NCBI GenBank assembly: GCA_050575255.1
Contig: JBNZDD010013718.1
Location: 5,203,718 to 5,267,717 of the forward strand
Direction of reading: 5' to 3'
From: Harriotta raleighana
Taxonomy: Eukaryota
Length of the DNA: 64,000 nt
Part shown: positions 13,929-26,188 of the stretch, in pieces
Layout: each line of letters opens with the position of its first letter
Numbering within the stretch: the first letter of the stretch is position 1
Position numbers and translations under genes: made by a program
The notes under the pieces: model-generated
Told to the model about the DNA's origin: nothing
The model's input: only the letters and a program-made list of their open reading frames with translations
Database searches by the model: none

Positions 13929-16022
13929 GTAGGCCTCGGGCAGTTGGGGGAGGTGGATGGGGAGGCCCGGGCCACCAGGAGGGGCTTCAGACGATGTGAC
14001 TCCAGCCACAAGATCCCACAATCCTCGTGAGGTGATGGACCAAATGCTCTGGAGGCATATTGGCCAGTCAGTAAGGCTGGGAGAAACTCGTCTCTAATCT
14101 TCGTGCACTCTTGGCATTTTAATTGCCTGAATATTAGAAACTATTCTCTTTACCCCTCTCCCCCCCCCTCCCCCCATATACACAAGTGAGAACATCTTCC
14201 TTTCCTCCCCTTCATCTCCTTTCTTTAGTCAAAGGAAGTGGAACAACAACAAACTGCTTTCTCCCCCCACCTCCCCCTTCAACTTTTCAGCCAACAGTGA
14301 GTGAGAACCTGGTTGCTGGTCGATTAGCTTTTCCTGGGGCGAATAATTCCATGAAAAAATAGATTAATATTTATTTGACGGTTAGCTGTCCTTTGAGTTT
14401 CTCCTCACTTGCCTTTCCAGCTTGACCTTCTGCCATCCTGTTCAGATCTATGACAGACTGTTTCCTTCCCTGCACTTGCTTCAATAAGTGCTTCCTCGTT
14501 TTGTTCCTCAACTTGTTGATTTTAATATCTTCATTCTAGCTTTCAAATGCTTCCACGGGCTTGCCACACCCTGGTTGTGATCTGTGATCTCTTGTAGTCA
14601 CACTTACTTGACCACTCATTCCCACTGTGCAAACGAAAGCCTGGGTATATGTCTGTGTGTGTGTGTAAAAATCTTCCTCTCCAGAAGATGGGATTTGGTT
14701 CTACAAGTTCCAGCTATCTGCAGTGGTTGTCAAAATAGTTTGATAATCTGTGAGAGAAATCTGTAGGTGTTGCAAGTGCACTCGGTTTACACTAATACAC
14801 TTTTTAAAAATGTCTTAATGTATTTGTCGACGTAAACACACCCACTACAGTTTAAGTAATTCCCTGTGAAGAGCTTTCAGAGTTTTAAATGCTGTAGCAA
14901 ATGCCAACACTATTGTTTCAATAATCAGAAATAGGAGCCCTTGATGATCGCCCTTTCTTATGCCAAATAGATATTTATGAGATCAGCTAAGTGAGTATAT
15001 TTCCTGATCATTTCTATTTTACATTAGACAGTGGCTTCATAAACAGAGCGCTGTCATTTAACAGAAGATAGTGGTGAACGATTGATTAAATTGAGGTAGA
15101 AATTCATAACACACAAGAGAATCTGGAAGTATATTAAGCATATTAATTTTACTGGCATTAGAAATGTGATTTAGTTTAAAATTTAATTCAAACAGAAAGA
15201 TGATGACATAGAGGAAGGAGATCTACCAGAGCACAAGAGACCTCCTGTACCATTAGACTTTAACAGCATTGATCCAAGCAAGCCTGAAAACCTTCTGAAG
15301 ATGACCAAAAAAGGCAAGACGTTAATGATATTCGCAACTGTGTCTGGGAATCCGACGGAGAAGGAGACTGAACAGATCACTGGCCTTTGGCAGGGCAGTC
15401 TATTCAATGCAAATTATGATGTGCAGAGGTGAGTGTTTTCACATTATGGGATGGACTTGAAATGGTTTGTTACTTGGCACAATCAGTTTTACTGTTATAT
15501 TTTGGGGGCAAAAACCTGCAGCTATCCCACTGCCTTGAGTAAACTTGCTGATGTAAACTAATCTATAAAGCCCCAGGTCGAATTCTTGGTTCACCAATTT
15601 TCCTGTAACAGTAAGCACAAAATTGGCATCTCTACTAATAGCTGAGTAGAAGAAAAATAAACCTAGGTTCTTTCCTGGTTGATGTAGGCAATACTATGAT
15701 TGCTGGATAATCCATCAATGTGTAGGAATAGCTACACTCTTCATTATGTATATTTATCATTTGCGCTAGTGATGAATAATTGTTTATTTTTCTTGCTAGA
15801 TTTGTTGTAGGCTCTGATCGTGTTATATTTATGCTGCGTGATGGAAGCTATGCTTGGGAAATCAAAGACTTTCTTATAAAGCAGGAACGCTGTGCAGATG
15901 TTACTGTTGAAGGTCAAGTGTATCCTGGAAAAGGAAAAAGCAATGAAATCAAACCAAAGAAGAAACCTGAAGCAGCAACATCAAAAGAGAACAACCGATC
16001 AAATAAAAACAATGAACTATGA
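13758..16022 (+). CDS. MESD: LRP chaperone MESD, spliced CDS join(13758..13928,15196..15428,15800..16022), 208 aa
   Basis: Signal peptide, KKKKDIRDYNDADMARLLEEWE, KDDDIEEGDLPEHKRP, WQGSLFNANYDVQRF and FMLRDGSYAWEIKDFL. GT-AG introns; 171+233+223=627 nt in frame. Confidence 0.96.
15196..15428 (+). CDS. MESD: MESD coding exon 2
   Basis: Acceptor aacag|AAAGATGAT (KDDDIEEGDLPEHKR); donor CAGAG|GTGAGT. Confidence 0.93.
15800..16022 (+). CDS. MESD: MESD coding exon 3 (ends ...KNNEL*)
   Basis: Acceptor ttgctag|ATTTGTTGTAGGC (RFVVGSDRVIFMLRDG); TGA at 16020-16022. Confidence 0.93.
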
Positions 16023-16439
16023 GAATCAGTCAAAATTGAGAATGGATACCACATTTCTCTGTGCGAAATCACATTCTATATTAGATGAGCTGAGTTTTTT
16101 TTAAATTGAGCTATTTCTGTTACAGAGGCATTAGTGAATCCAAAATGCTGTTATGCTTTATTCTTTGTGAAGGATTAGGAGTTGAAATGGCTGTATACTT
16201 ATCTTCCAATACAACACTGCATTATTTTCTATTGATTATCAGCTGTTGTCAACAATTAATATTTGAACCACTTAAAGATTGTGTTAAGTTGAGGTTTAAA
16301 AATAACATTGTGTGTTCATATTGTAAGTTTTGATACAAAGGTGAAGAAAAATATCATTTATTTTGTGAAACTGTTTGGTTCTGGGATGTGTAAATGTTCT
16401 TTGGAGACTTAAGTTCTTTTTGTCTTGACTCCAATGAAC

Positions 16440-16445
16440 AATAAA
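16440..16445 (+). terminator. Candidate MESD polyadenylation signal AATAAA
   Basis: AATAAA ~420 nt after the stop, followed by GT/T-rich sequence. Confidence 0.55.
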
Positions 16446-17047
16446 TGACATTACTTGGACAGTGTAATTTCTATTGTTTTTGATAGCTAAGTTAATAACC
16501 TGTTTGAAATTGTAGTAATTCAGCTAATATGTTGTATATTCAGCAGTATAAGATGTATTCAATTGAATGCAACACATTTCAGTCCAGAGTATTCTGGTAC
16601 ACTATTTGTATACAAATGACAGCAATCAATGTGTTAATATTTCCTGAGACATTTGCATAGCAAGGTTAATGGAAGCTCAGTGGGAAGAATCTCACAACCA
16701 GTCTGCCTTTCCAAGTCCTCCGGATGAGCCAGCCTGGTTGTTTTGTCATCAACGGTGCCCTGAAGTACTCAGGAACTGGACTATAGATTAAAGACATCGC
16801 CACAGAGGGTGGCTGATGTTCTGATGTGAAACATGTCACCTCGAAGCCAATTCAGCTCCAGGGAGACCCTGCTTCTCCCTCCCCAATAATTAATTTGACA
16901 TCTGACAAGCCTGGGTTTGAGCCCTCCCTGAATGGATGGTAGGAATTCCCTGCAAACCTGCTCTTTTCATTTTTGATTAGAAAGGCATTTTTCACATGCA
17001 ATTTGAGTTTGTCTTAAGTTTTTTTGCCATGGTAAATCACAAAAGTT

Positions 17048-17171
17048 CTCCACTGCTCCCTATAAACATGATCCCATGTGACCTCCACTGTTCCCTATAA
17101 ACATGATCCCATGTGATCTCCACTGCTCTCTATAAACATGATCCCATGTGATCTCCACTGTTCCCTATAAA
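17048..17171. repeat. Minisatellite, 35-bp unit x ~3.5
   Basis: ctccactg(c/t)tccctataaacatgatcccatgtga(c/t) at 17048, 17083, 17118 and 17153 (partial). Confidence 0.9.
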
Positions 17172-17984
17172 TATCAGGCACGTTTTAGCCTTGAGCTGTC
17201 CCATTTGTTTCATTTGTATATGTTGATGCAGCCTCAGTTTGCTGTATGGCTGTATTTCACTTAAGGAAACGTTATAATTAGCTTGAATGTCCCAAGGTTC
17301 CGAAAAAGGAAGTTAGCCAGGGCTCTCACTCCCAATTGGGATTGGTTGCAAAGTCTGCAGTTAAAAATCCTGCAAAATTTCACTGTGAAGGCTCACGCGA
17401 AAATAAACTTTTAGTAAAGAGTTCAAGAGGATAAAAAGAAAAATTGTTGAAGGTAAGTGATATTCCATCCATCTCCCCCCGACCAGAGGTGAAATTCCCA
17501 TATCTAGAAGAGTTTAGAATTTATAAACAATTTTATAATATTCAGACTGCAATTGTCTTTGCAGCATGTGCTAAATTTAGCACCAAGAATATTAACTTCA
17601 CATTAGTATGTGGAATGTCACTTGAAGGTTCAAATAGCCTTGTGTGCTTATTGCTGTCTCTCATAATTCACATAATCTCATCACAAAGTGCTTTAGGTGC
17701 AAAAATGTGACTGATTCTAGAGAGATCTGGAGCATAATTCTTCATAACTAACGGTGTTTGTAGATATTAAAAGAGATTAAGTAATGTTTACAATGCCCAA
17801 ATAATTAAATATTAGTCAACAGTTATATAATATTAGTTAAATATTACTTACAACGTCAACAGATTTGAATTCACAGTAGTGTAGCTGGTAATAAAGCACT
17901 TTCATCGTTTGATCCAAGGTATGTTTTCTAGTTGTAGGCAGTAATCTCTTGAATTCGATTTCTGCAATTGTCGCAGTTTTTGAC

Positions 17985-18197
17985 CAGAGAATGGTTAAAA
18001 TAAGGAATTCTCTGAAACAAACTGTTGGGGGTCAGTTGAATTATTTTAAGAGGGAATTCAACAGATACTGGGGGAAAATGAATATTATAGGAAATTGGGA
18101 TCGAGCAGTAGATTGGGATTATTTTTTTTAATATACATGAAGAAAGCACCAGATTAGACATGATGGGCCAACTGATTTGTTTTTGTGTTATAACATT
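17985..18197 (+). mobile_element. CR1-like LINE 3' end remnant
   Basis: gaatggttaaaataaggaattctctg...ttttaagaggga...gacatgatgggcc resembles a CR1 ORF2 end and 3' UTR. Confidence 0.5.
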
Positions 18198-18200
18198 CGC

Positions 18201-18957
18201 TGCAGATTTTTAGTGGCTGGTGTACAATACTGAGCAACAGACTGAATTTTAAAAAGTCTCAAAGCAGTTTCATACAGAATGGGATCCAATGCAAGTGCCC
18301 TGAATGGCTGGATTGCATCCCACACTTTGGAAACCATATGTTTACATTTTTCGGGGAATCCCTCTCCGACTTCTCCTAGTGGGTTTCTTTCATTTCTGAT
18401 AAAGGGGATTTTATTATCTTCAATGAGACTTAGTGGGAGCCATTGGTAAGTGCAGATAATGTTGTTTTTTTAGGCTCCCATTGGGTCATGTGAATTGTCT
18501 TTTACATATCTGATGTGACTGGGCACAACCTAATACAGTCTCCAAGGGAGAAACTGAGTCATCAAACTGTTGTGTCTTTTTTTAGTTTTAGGATTCAATG
18601 TGTAATTTTGAATGTTAAAACACATTTGAAAATACATTCGTCTACACTGTAAATACAGTCAATAATGGTAGCATTAAAAAAAAACATTCTCTGCACTCAA
18701 CAATGGCTCCCACTAAATCTCACTGAAGATAATAAAAGCCCTTTTAAATCAGAAATGAAAGAAACCCACTAGGAGAAGGGAGAGAGGGATTCCCCGAAAA
18801 ATGTAAACATATGGTTTCCAAAGTGTGGGATGCAATCCAGCCATTCAGGGCACTTGCATTGGATCCCGTGTAATATCCATCCTGTATGAAACTGCTTTGA
18901 GACTTTTTAAAATTCACTCTGTTGCTCAGTACTGTATACCAGCCACTTAAAAATGCA
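18201..18957. repeat. Long inverted repeat, ~270-bp arms with ~200-bp spacer
   Basis: 18201-18472 is the reverse complement of ~18675-18957, with long exact stretches such as ggatccaatgcaagtgccctgaatggctggattgcatcccacactttggaaaccatatgtttacatttt. Confidence 0.92.
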
Positions 18958-20990
18958 TTGTGCATTGTACATATAATAAGATTATTACTATTATTGTAAA
19001 TATACACGCAGCCTGCAAATTGTAATGGGATCACGAGAGTGAAACTGGGAAAATAATGTCACACTTTGTCAACCATTTAAGTGTAAACAGATTCAATTTT
19101 CGGCAGTTCACAGAATCGTTAGCAATTGTGCGTTGTTGAATTTGACTTGGCTTTTTACTAACATCCGTGTGTGAATAGGAAATAGGCAGGAGGAATCCTT
19201 TACAGCCTTCATTCGATAGTAACGTTGATTAATCTTGAAGGTAAATCACCTGTGACATTTTACATCTTATTTCCCTAATCTTATGTAAACGTGCCTTGTG
19301 TTGAGGTATCTGACAGCACATCTCATTCAACGCAGAAATAGATGGAACAGTATTGTGCATGTGGTTGGTTGACTTGCTAAGGTAAGTTGAATGGATCGAA
19401 CTGCAATGCTGGAGCATGGCTGATGAAAACAAAATTGTAGACCTAATAAGATATACTTTCCGAAAAAAAATTGGGGAAGTAGCAGATTTAAGGGTTATTT
19501 TATGTGTGGATGGTGAGATTGTACCAAAGCACCCACTGTGATGAACAGATATGTAACTCCATCCGCTACATTCACGATGGAAATGATTCCCTTTGTACAG
19601 AAAGCTCCTTTCAACAGTGCTAAATCATTTATCAAGCATTTTCATTCATATATTTTTTGCGTTGCACAGGGAGGGTTTGTATTCAGTGAATAAATTGGAT
19701 GTACTGTGTTAAGTACCATGTAGAAGCATTGATCCTGTCACCAATGTCTCTATGCTCAGAGCCCACCCACCCCCACAGGGCATATTCAGTTCCCATGTCA
19801 CAATTGAAAGTAAACAGGAAAGCAAGGCGTACTTCTAATGTCCTGGCCAATATTTACCCCTCACTCACCATCCTGATAGTCGACCAGTACTATCTATCAG
19901 TGTCTTATACACTACATCAATGTTATGCCCTGAAAGAATGGATCCGAAATGTGTGATTGTACGACAGTGAGCTTCATTCATTCACCCCATGCTCTGGAAA
20001 TCCTCTTGCAAACCGTTCCCCAGTTTGTCAGATCGATTTTCCACACAGAATTACAGTCCCATTGCTTTGTAGAACGACTGCATTACAGTCATACAGCACT
20101 ATTACTGTGTACTGCACCACCTCCTCCCTCCCCAAAGCAATACAATAGCAGAACAAAAGAGTATGATTTATTATTGGATTTGACTTATTGTACTTTGTGC
20201 CCCAGCACAACACCGGTAATTAAGCTTTATCCGACCCAGCACTCATACATCTACCAAGATTTCTCTCTCATTCATTATTAATGCTGCGTTCATCTCGCCA
20301 GCATTAAAATATTAGAGCATCGCAAATAAATTCAGTTGGATTAAACCTGTTTACTATGCATTATCGTTATCCTTTTGACTTCCCCCCCATTTCAAGTGTC
20401 CAGTTGTATCACTAGCCAAACGTTGATTTGTTTCCAGGGCAAGCAGATTGAATGGAAATATCAATCAGCTCTCGACTCCCTAATCATATTGTTTTTGGAG
20501 AGAGACACATTATATAATTTAAACCTTACGTTTTATTACCTTTTTATTTATAAGCAATGTAATTCAGGTTGCTGTCACCCCTCCTCCCCCCCACCCCCAT
20601 CCCAACGTTAGCTGGTTATATTACAATTTGCTCTCTAAGTAAATAATAAAATCTTATTTTAAATAATAATTTGGGGAGACAGAAAATAACAGGAGCAGCT
20701 ACATTAATATGTAGTGTTCTCGAGTTGCTGAATGATGAGAGGAAATTGCTACAGTTGGGAGGTGGGTGGATCTTGTTCGTATCTTCTGGATCCTAAATAA
20801 TTTAGACAAAGATCAAAATGTCCTATATAACTCTAGTAAATGCCAGTAACTCATTTCTCCCCAGAGTCATTTGTGTGAAGCTCTTTGAGATGTCGCCAGT
20901 GGACATGAAAATATACACAGATGGCTGGAGTAACAAATAAATGTATTTTATTTGAACTTCACGACTCCACGTGTGACAGAAAAGACGCGA

Positions 20991-21512
20991 AAGCCAAAAC
21001 AACAACAACAACAACAACTGCGATGAATTGGAATGGATGTAAATTTGATTCACGTAATAGTCCCAGTTATTATTTCCAGTCAACAGAATGCATCCAAAGC
21101 AGGAGCAAAGCTATGGCAAGCAACAAGTGGGAGGGGTGGTGGGTGGGGGGTGGGGGGGAATATGCCCAATATCCTCAATTTGCACTGAAGTTAACTTTAG
21201 AGCTAACATTTGGATTCAGGTCTGCGTTGTACTCTACTCTTCCCATTGACNAGCCAAAAAAACAACAACAACAACAACAACTGCGATGAATTGGAATGGA
21301 TGTAAATTTGATTCACGTAATAGTCCCAGTTATTATTTCCAGTCAACAGAATGCATCCAAAGCAGGAGCAAAGCTATGGCAAGCAACAAGTGGGAGGGGT
21401 GGTGGGTGGGGGGTGGGGGGGAATATGCCCAATATCCTCAATTTGCACTGAAGTTAACTTTAGAGCTAACATTTGGATTCAGGTCTGCGTTGTACTCTAC
21501 TCTTCCCATTGA
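20991..21512. repeat. ~260-bp near-exact tandem duplication joined by one N (probable assembly overlap)
   Basis: 20991-21250 is repeated at 21252-21512; N at 21251. Confidence 0.85.
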
Positions 21513-22509
21513 CCAAGGCCACATTCCATGACAGCCTCCTCCCAATCCTTGGATCGTTCCTGACAGTCGAAGCCTCTGCTGGGTATCATTGATGTGTGCA
21601 CTGGGGGACTGGGGGGCTGGGGGGGGGGATACTGATGGCGATCCATGTGGCATTAGCAGCTGGCAAACTCCACCAAACGGTGTGTACATCAAGCCCACAC
21701 TGCTGGGCAACGAGAGGAGGCCAGGAAAGGTTGATAAGGTGCAGGGCAGACAGAAACCCCACCCCTCCCCTCCCCACACCCACCCACCCACCCAAAACAC
21801 TCACATCATTCAGGTGTTAAGTCAACGGTACCCTTACCCAGCAGTATCAGAGTGGACTATTTCGATGAGTCAATGATGGAGTTTCAATGCACCCCAATCA
21901 AGGATTTTACACACATTTCATTATTGTTTCACCCGATTTTTACTATTTTCGAAGCCCACTCTTTGTCACACTCTGGCATGGCCAGGAATTATTCCACACC
22001 ACGGAATTTTGCCCCTAAAATGCATGATTGGATAAATAAACTCGCCAGTTGGAACAAAATGTTTTAAACCCATTGAAATCTTGTTTTGGAGTGCAGTCTG
22101 TAGATGGCACTATTGCTATAGCAATGATAGACACAATTGCAGCATTTTCTGATGTACATCTTGTACTTATATGTGCTCATAAATGCGCATAACTCTTATT
22201 AAAATTTGAATGCTGCAGAAGTAACCTGCACTTACATCGTTGGATATTAATAATAATAATAATATTCCTTGCACTTAAATATGGTGCTTTTCACTTCTGT
22301 TTTCAATCTCTTGATCAGCAGTTGTGATTAATATAAGGAGCAAAAAAGAAAGAATTGTTCTCACCTTTTCTGCTCTCTGGTGTTTTCTACATGTTTTTCA
22401 CTCTATCCCCACAGTGTTTTAACCTTCCCCTCTGGATCAGAACTGCTCCAATTTGAATCCTCAACTCCAACCAGTGCCTGTTCCATTCATCCATGTTCCA
22501 CATGGAGAA

Positions 22510-22816
22510 CTGCAGCTCACTGGTCAGAGCAAACGTGAGACCTGAGTTCGAATCCAGGCAGGTCAGGTCAGGGCGAACGACCTTGGGCACGTGTGCTTAC
22601 TCCACAGGCCTAATAATAAATAATCCCTCCCCAAAAAACACAACAGTAAAATTGGTCATTTCAATTCACGACTGTTTGTGGGATATTGCTGTGCGCAATT
22701 GGCTGTTTTGCCCACAAAAATATACAGTAAATTCACTTTACAGAAAAACCTGTGAAGCGTTTGAGAAGTCCAGAAGAAGTGAAAAGCGCTCTATCAAATG
22801 CAAGGATGATTATTAT
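22510..22816 (+). mobile_element. tRNA-derived SINE (Deu-domain type), near full length
   Basis: A box agctcactggtcagagc, B box gagttcgaatcc, body ctgtttgtgggatattgctgtgcgcaattggctg, tail tatcaaatgcaaggatgattattat. Confidence 0.75.
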
Positions 22817-22834
22817 ATTCTCCTTCTTATTATT

Positions 22835-22970
22835 CTGCATGTCTTAAAACACTTCACAGAATATACTGCAAAGTGAATTGACTACAGTATATTTGTGGGT
22901 ATCATGTGACAGCTAATTGCGCACAGCTGTGTCCTACAAATAGTCATGGATTGAAATGACCAATTTATCG
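22835..22970 (-). mobile_element. Partial SINE of the same family, inverted relative to the 22510 copy
   Basis: Reverse complement of the SINE body, ending ggattgaaatgaccaattt. Confidence 0.65.
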
Positions 22971-22999
22971 TTATGTTTTTTTCTCAAAGTGGTGTAAAC

Positions 23000-23700
23000 C
23001 TTAGGCAAGCATCTCAGAGTGCTGTACAATAGTGAGCCCTGGGACCGAGTCGGACTGTGGGGGGGAAGGTGACCATAATCGCGGTCAAAGAGAACCGTCA
23101 TCAGGCATGACCTGAGGATGGGAAAGGAGGGGGTGAGGAGAAGGGGTTGAGGGAGGGCCTTCCAAAGTGTCCGAGCGGAGTGGCTGACAATGGTGGAGAG
23201 GAGGATTCGAGGGACAAGGAGGGGGCCTGACCCAGTAGAGTGGTGGCACTGGGTACTGCTGAAGTTAGAGAAGTTCGAGAGGTTGTGGGGTGCTGAGCAG
23301 TGGAGGGATTTAAACGCAAGAGTGAGGATCTTGAAGTCGGTTCGCATTGTGACAGGGAGCCAGTGCAGTTTGGCAAGGACTGGGTACAAAGTGTACAAAG
23401 TTTGGTGCAGGTGAGAATGCAGGTGGCGGAGTTTTGGATGAACTGTATTTTGTGCATGATGGAGAAGAGACTGCCATGGAGGGCATCAGGGTAGACCAGC
23501 CGAGAGGTGACAAAGGCATGGACCAGGGATACAGCAGCTTTTGGAATGAGGTATTGATAAGAGATAGTAAAGTTGCAGAGATGGAAGAAAGCAGTGCTGG
23601 TAAGGGATTGGATGTGGGGGAGGAAGGATAACTGGGGATCAAACCTAACGGCCAAGTTGTGCACGAGTTCAGAGAGTTTTAAGGACAGGTCGGGTAGGTT
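23000..23700 (-). mobile_element. L2-clade LINE ORF2 C-terminal fragment, frameshifted
   Basis: HNLAVRFDPQLSFLPHI..AFFHL..LVHAFVTSRL..IQNSA then PVLAKLHWLPV..FKILTLAFKSLH across two frames. Confidence 0.85.
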
Positions 23701-26060
23701 GAGGAATCAAGCCAACTTTGCTTTAAAAACCAAAGCCTAATACAGGACGACTCTGTTATAATATTGGTCATCTAGATCCAATATTGCATAAGCTGCGTTA
23801 TAAGCAAAGGAGAAAAAAGAATGGTGTACATCAAGTCTCCACCAGTGCCACGAGCAAGTGAAACTTAAGTCACCTCTTTTAAGAAATAAGCTTGCCAGTC
23901 AGCCAGTTAGTCAGCTATGCAGTTTTTTTTATTATAAAAGTGTGACATTTGGAATGTTAATGGTCAAGAAAATGAAACTAAGCTTTTTATTAAATACAAT
24001 TTTATGTATATACATACACAAACAGGTGTATGTATATATATGTATTGATTCTTTATATTTCTTCCTTAATTTCCTTGTCTTTTGCCTGACTCTCTTCTCT
24101 CTCTCTCTTTTCTGTAAAATTCCAATGAAGCTCACAAAAAGCGCCAGAAATAGTTCTTCGGGGTTAACAAGACCTGGTAGTTGAAGTAACCAAAGAGAAC
24201 TGGCAGCTCAGATGTTGGTTGCTAAGTTTTTATAGCTGTAATTGGATCACCACAAGCTTGCCTTCAGTGTTGCAGTTATGCAAATATGCTTTGAACAATC
24301 AGTTTCCCAGAAACTGGAACTTACCTAACAAATTACAGTGAAAAGAATATAAACAAGTAAGAACAACAATGTTTAGGGCTAAACGATCAGGCCAAAATTA
24401 GAGGGGAAGGGATATTAACACCTCTGAACAGTGAATAATCACCAAATAGTTGGCCCCACTTTTTCGTGATCTCATCGGTATAATTAACACATTACAAAGT
24501 ACATTTTTCACTCACTGAACAGCAAATTGGTCCCCAAGCAATGTTAATAGTTGTGTGTTTATCATCATTCAATGCAAAATCACCAATGCATTTGTACAGA
24601 AAAAAAGTTAAATGCTGATAATCTTGTTGATAAAGTACCTTTAGTTTATTTTAATAATTCCTGTGTTCAATACAGTGCCTTATCAAAACATCTTGTACTG
24701 TAATGTGTAGGGCCTTCAGATTTATATTAATTCAAGAATGTAATGCTCTAACACTAATTGAACTTTAAATCTAATTGTGTAGTAAATCAATGTGTAAAAC
24801 TTGAGTTCTTTCCTTTGGGAATAACCTTTTCCATTACTGGGTTGCCAACAGTATAAAAATAATCCCTCATAAACTGGCACTTTTCATTATTAATTACCAG
24901 TTTAGACTCTGTTTCTGTCCCCTTTCCACCCTGCGTGCAGTATTTTAAAGCAACGTCTCATAATGACTAAATATTCCAATATCAAAACTAGGCCTAGGGA
25001 TTCCTCCTTTCTATTCAGTTGTGTTTGTGGCATGTTTCCAAGTACTGTAGTCAATATTTTAGTTTTCTGGTTGTTTAAAATAATTATTTCCTATCTAGGT
25101 TTATTAAAGTATTGTATTTTGGCATCTCCAGCATAATACTCTCTAGAATTATGTAAGCAGGATGCAAATCTCCAGGGAAAGACTGTGCATTCCATTCAGA
25201 TAAATATCACTGGAATTTCCATTTACAGTAATAGGTTGGATACAGTGAACTCTGTTTGGTTTGAATACTCAACCATGGTGATGGGTTTCTGCATGTGTCA
25301 CCTGGCTAACCAAAAAAAACATGTACTGATAAAATGCCAAACAATCATTTTCATTCAATTCGCTTCAAAGTGAATTCAGATTTACATTTATTATGAAACA
25401 TTACATACACACATTTCTGTCTACACAAATCATTTATTTATATTTATATAATCCAAAATCCCCTTCGGAAAGAAAGCATAAAAAGAGACCTTCCACTTCA
25501 ATAAATTACATTCTTAACCAATGCTTAAATTACCATATTCAGATGCGTTACTATCATTTTACCAGAGCAAGTAATAGTGATATGGAAAATATATTTACGT
25601 TCTGTTACAGATATGGAAATTGTACAATACAGTTCCACAAGTGTCTTGGTGTTTTGCTCTATAGTGCCTTAATAAATAAATAGAAACTTACATACAGCAT
25701 AAAATAAATCTTTTGTGAGGTTTACAGAAAGAAACACCCAACGTACAAAACACTAAAGTAAAAAGGACCGAAAAAGGACCAGCTATTTCGGGAAGAAGGG
25801 AGACATTTCAGACAAAATAGGGAATATAATCAAATGCAACCTACAAATAGTATCAGCATTTTAAGTAAGCTTTGTTGTTTCTTCACATAGAATACTATAG
25901 CTGTGCTGCTAATGGAATCCTTGACAGTTGCCAACCTCTTATCCTACCTCCTACCCATAGGATCATACTCATAGATGTTTAGCCTACACATATCATTAGC
26001 ACTCCCATGATTTCTCCTGTGTAAATAAACCAAGATGAACTTAGGCATTACTACAATTGC

Positions 26061-26188
26061 TCATAGTTTTTGTTTCTTTATAACAGGGATGGACAGAACT
26101 TGATGAATTCTTGCAGCTGATTTACTGGTGGCAAATTTGATCCAGTCGGGCTTGAAGCTTCCTTTAAATCCCACAAAGACAACTTTTT
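26061..26188 (-). CDS. CEMIP: CEMIP last coding exon (EKVVFVGFKGSFKPDWI...KKQKL*)
   Basis: Within ORF 26061..26273; acceptor atttcag; TGA stop. Confidence 0.92.

Noticed and set aside
17048-17171. 35-bp repeats as a CRISPR array
   Set aside because: Head-to-tail units with no spacers, vertebrate context, no cas genes.
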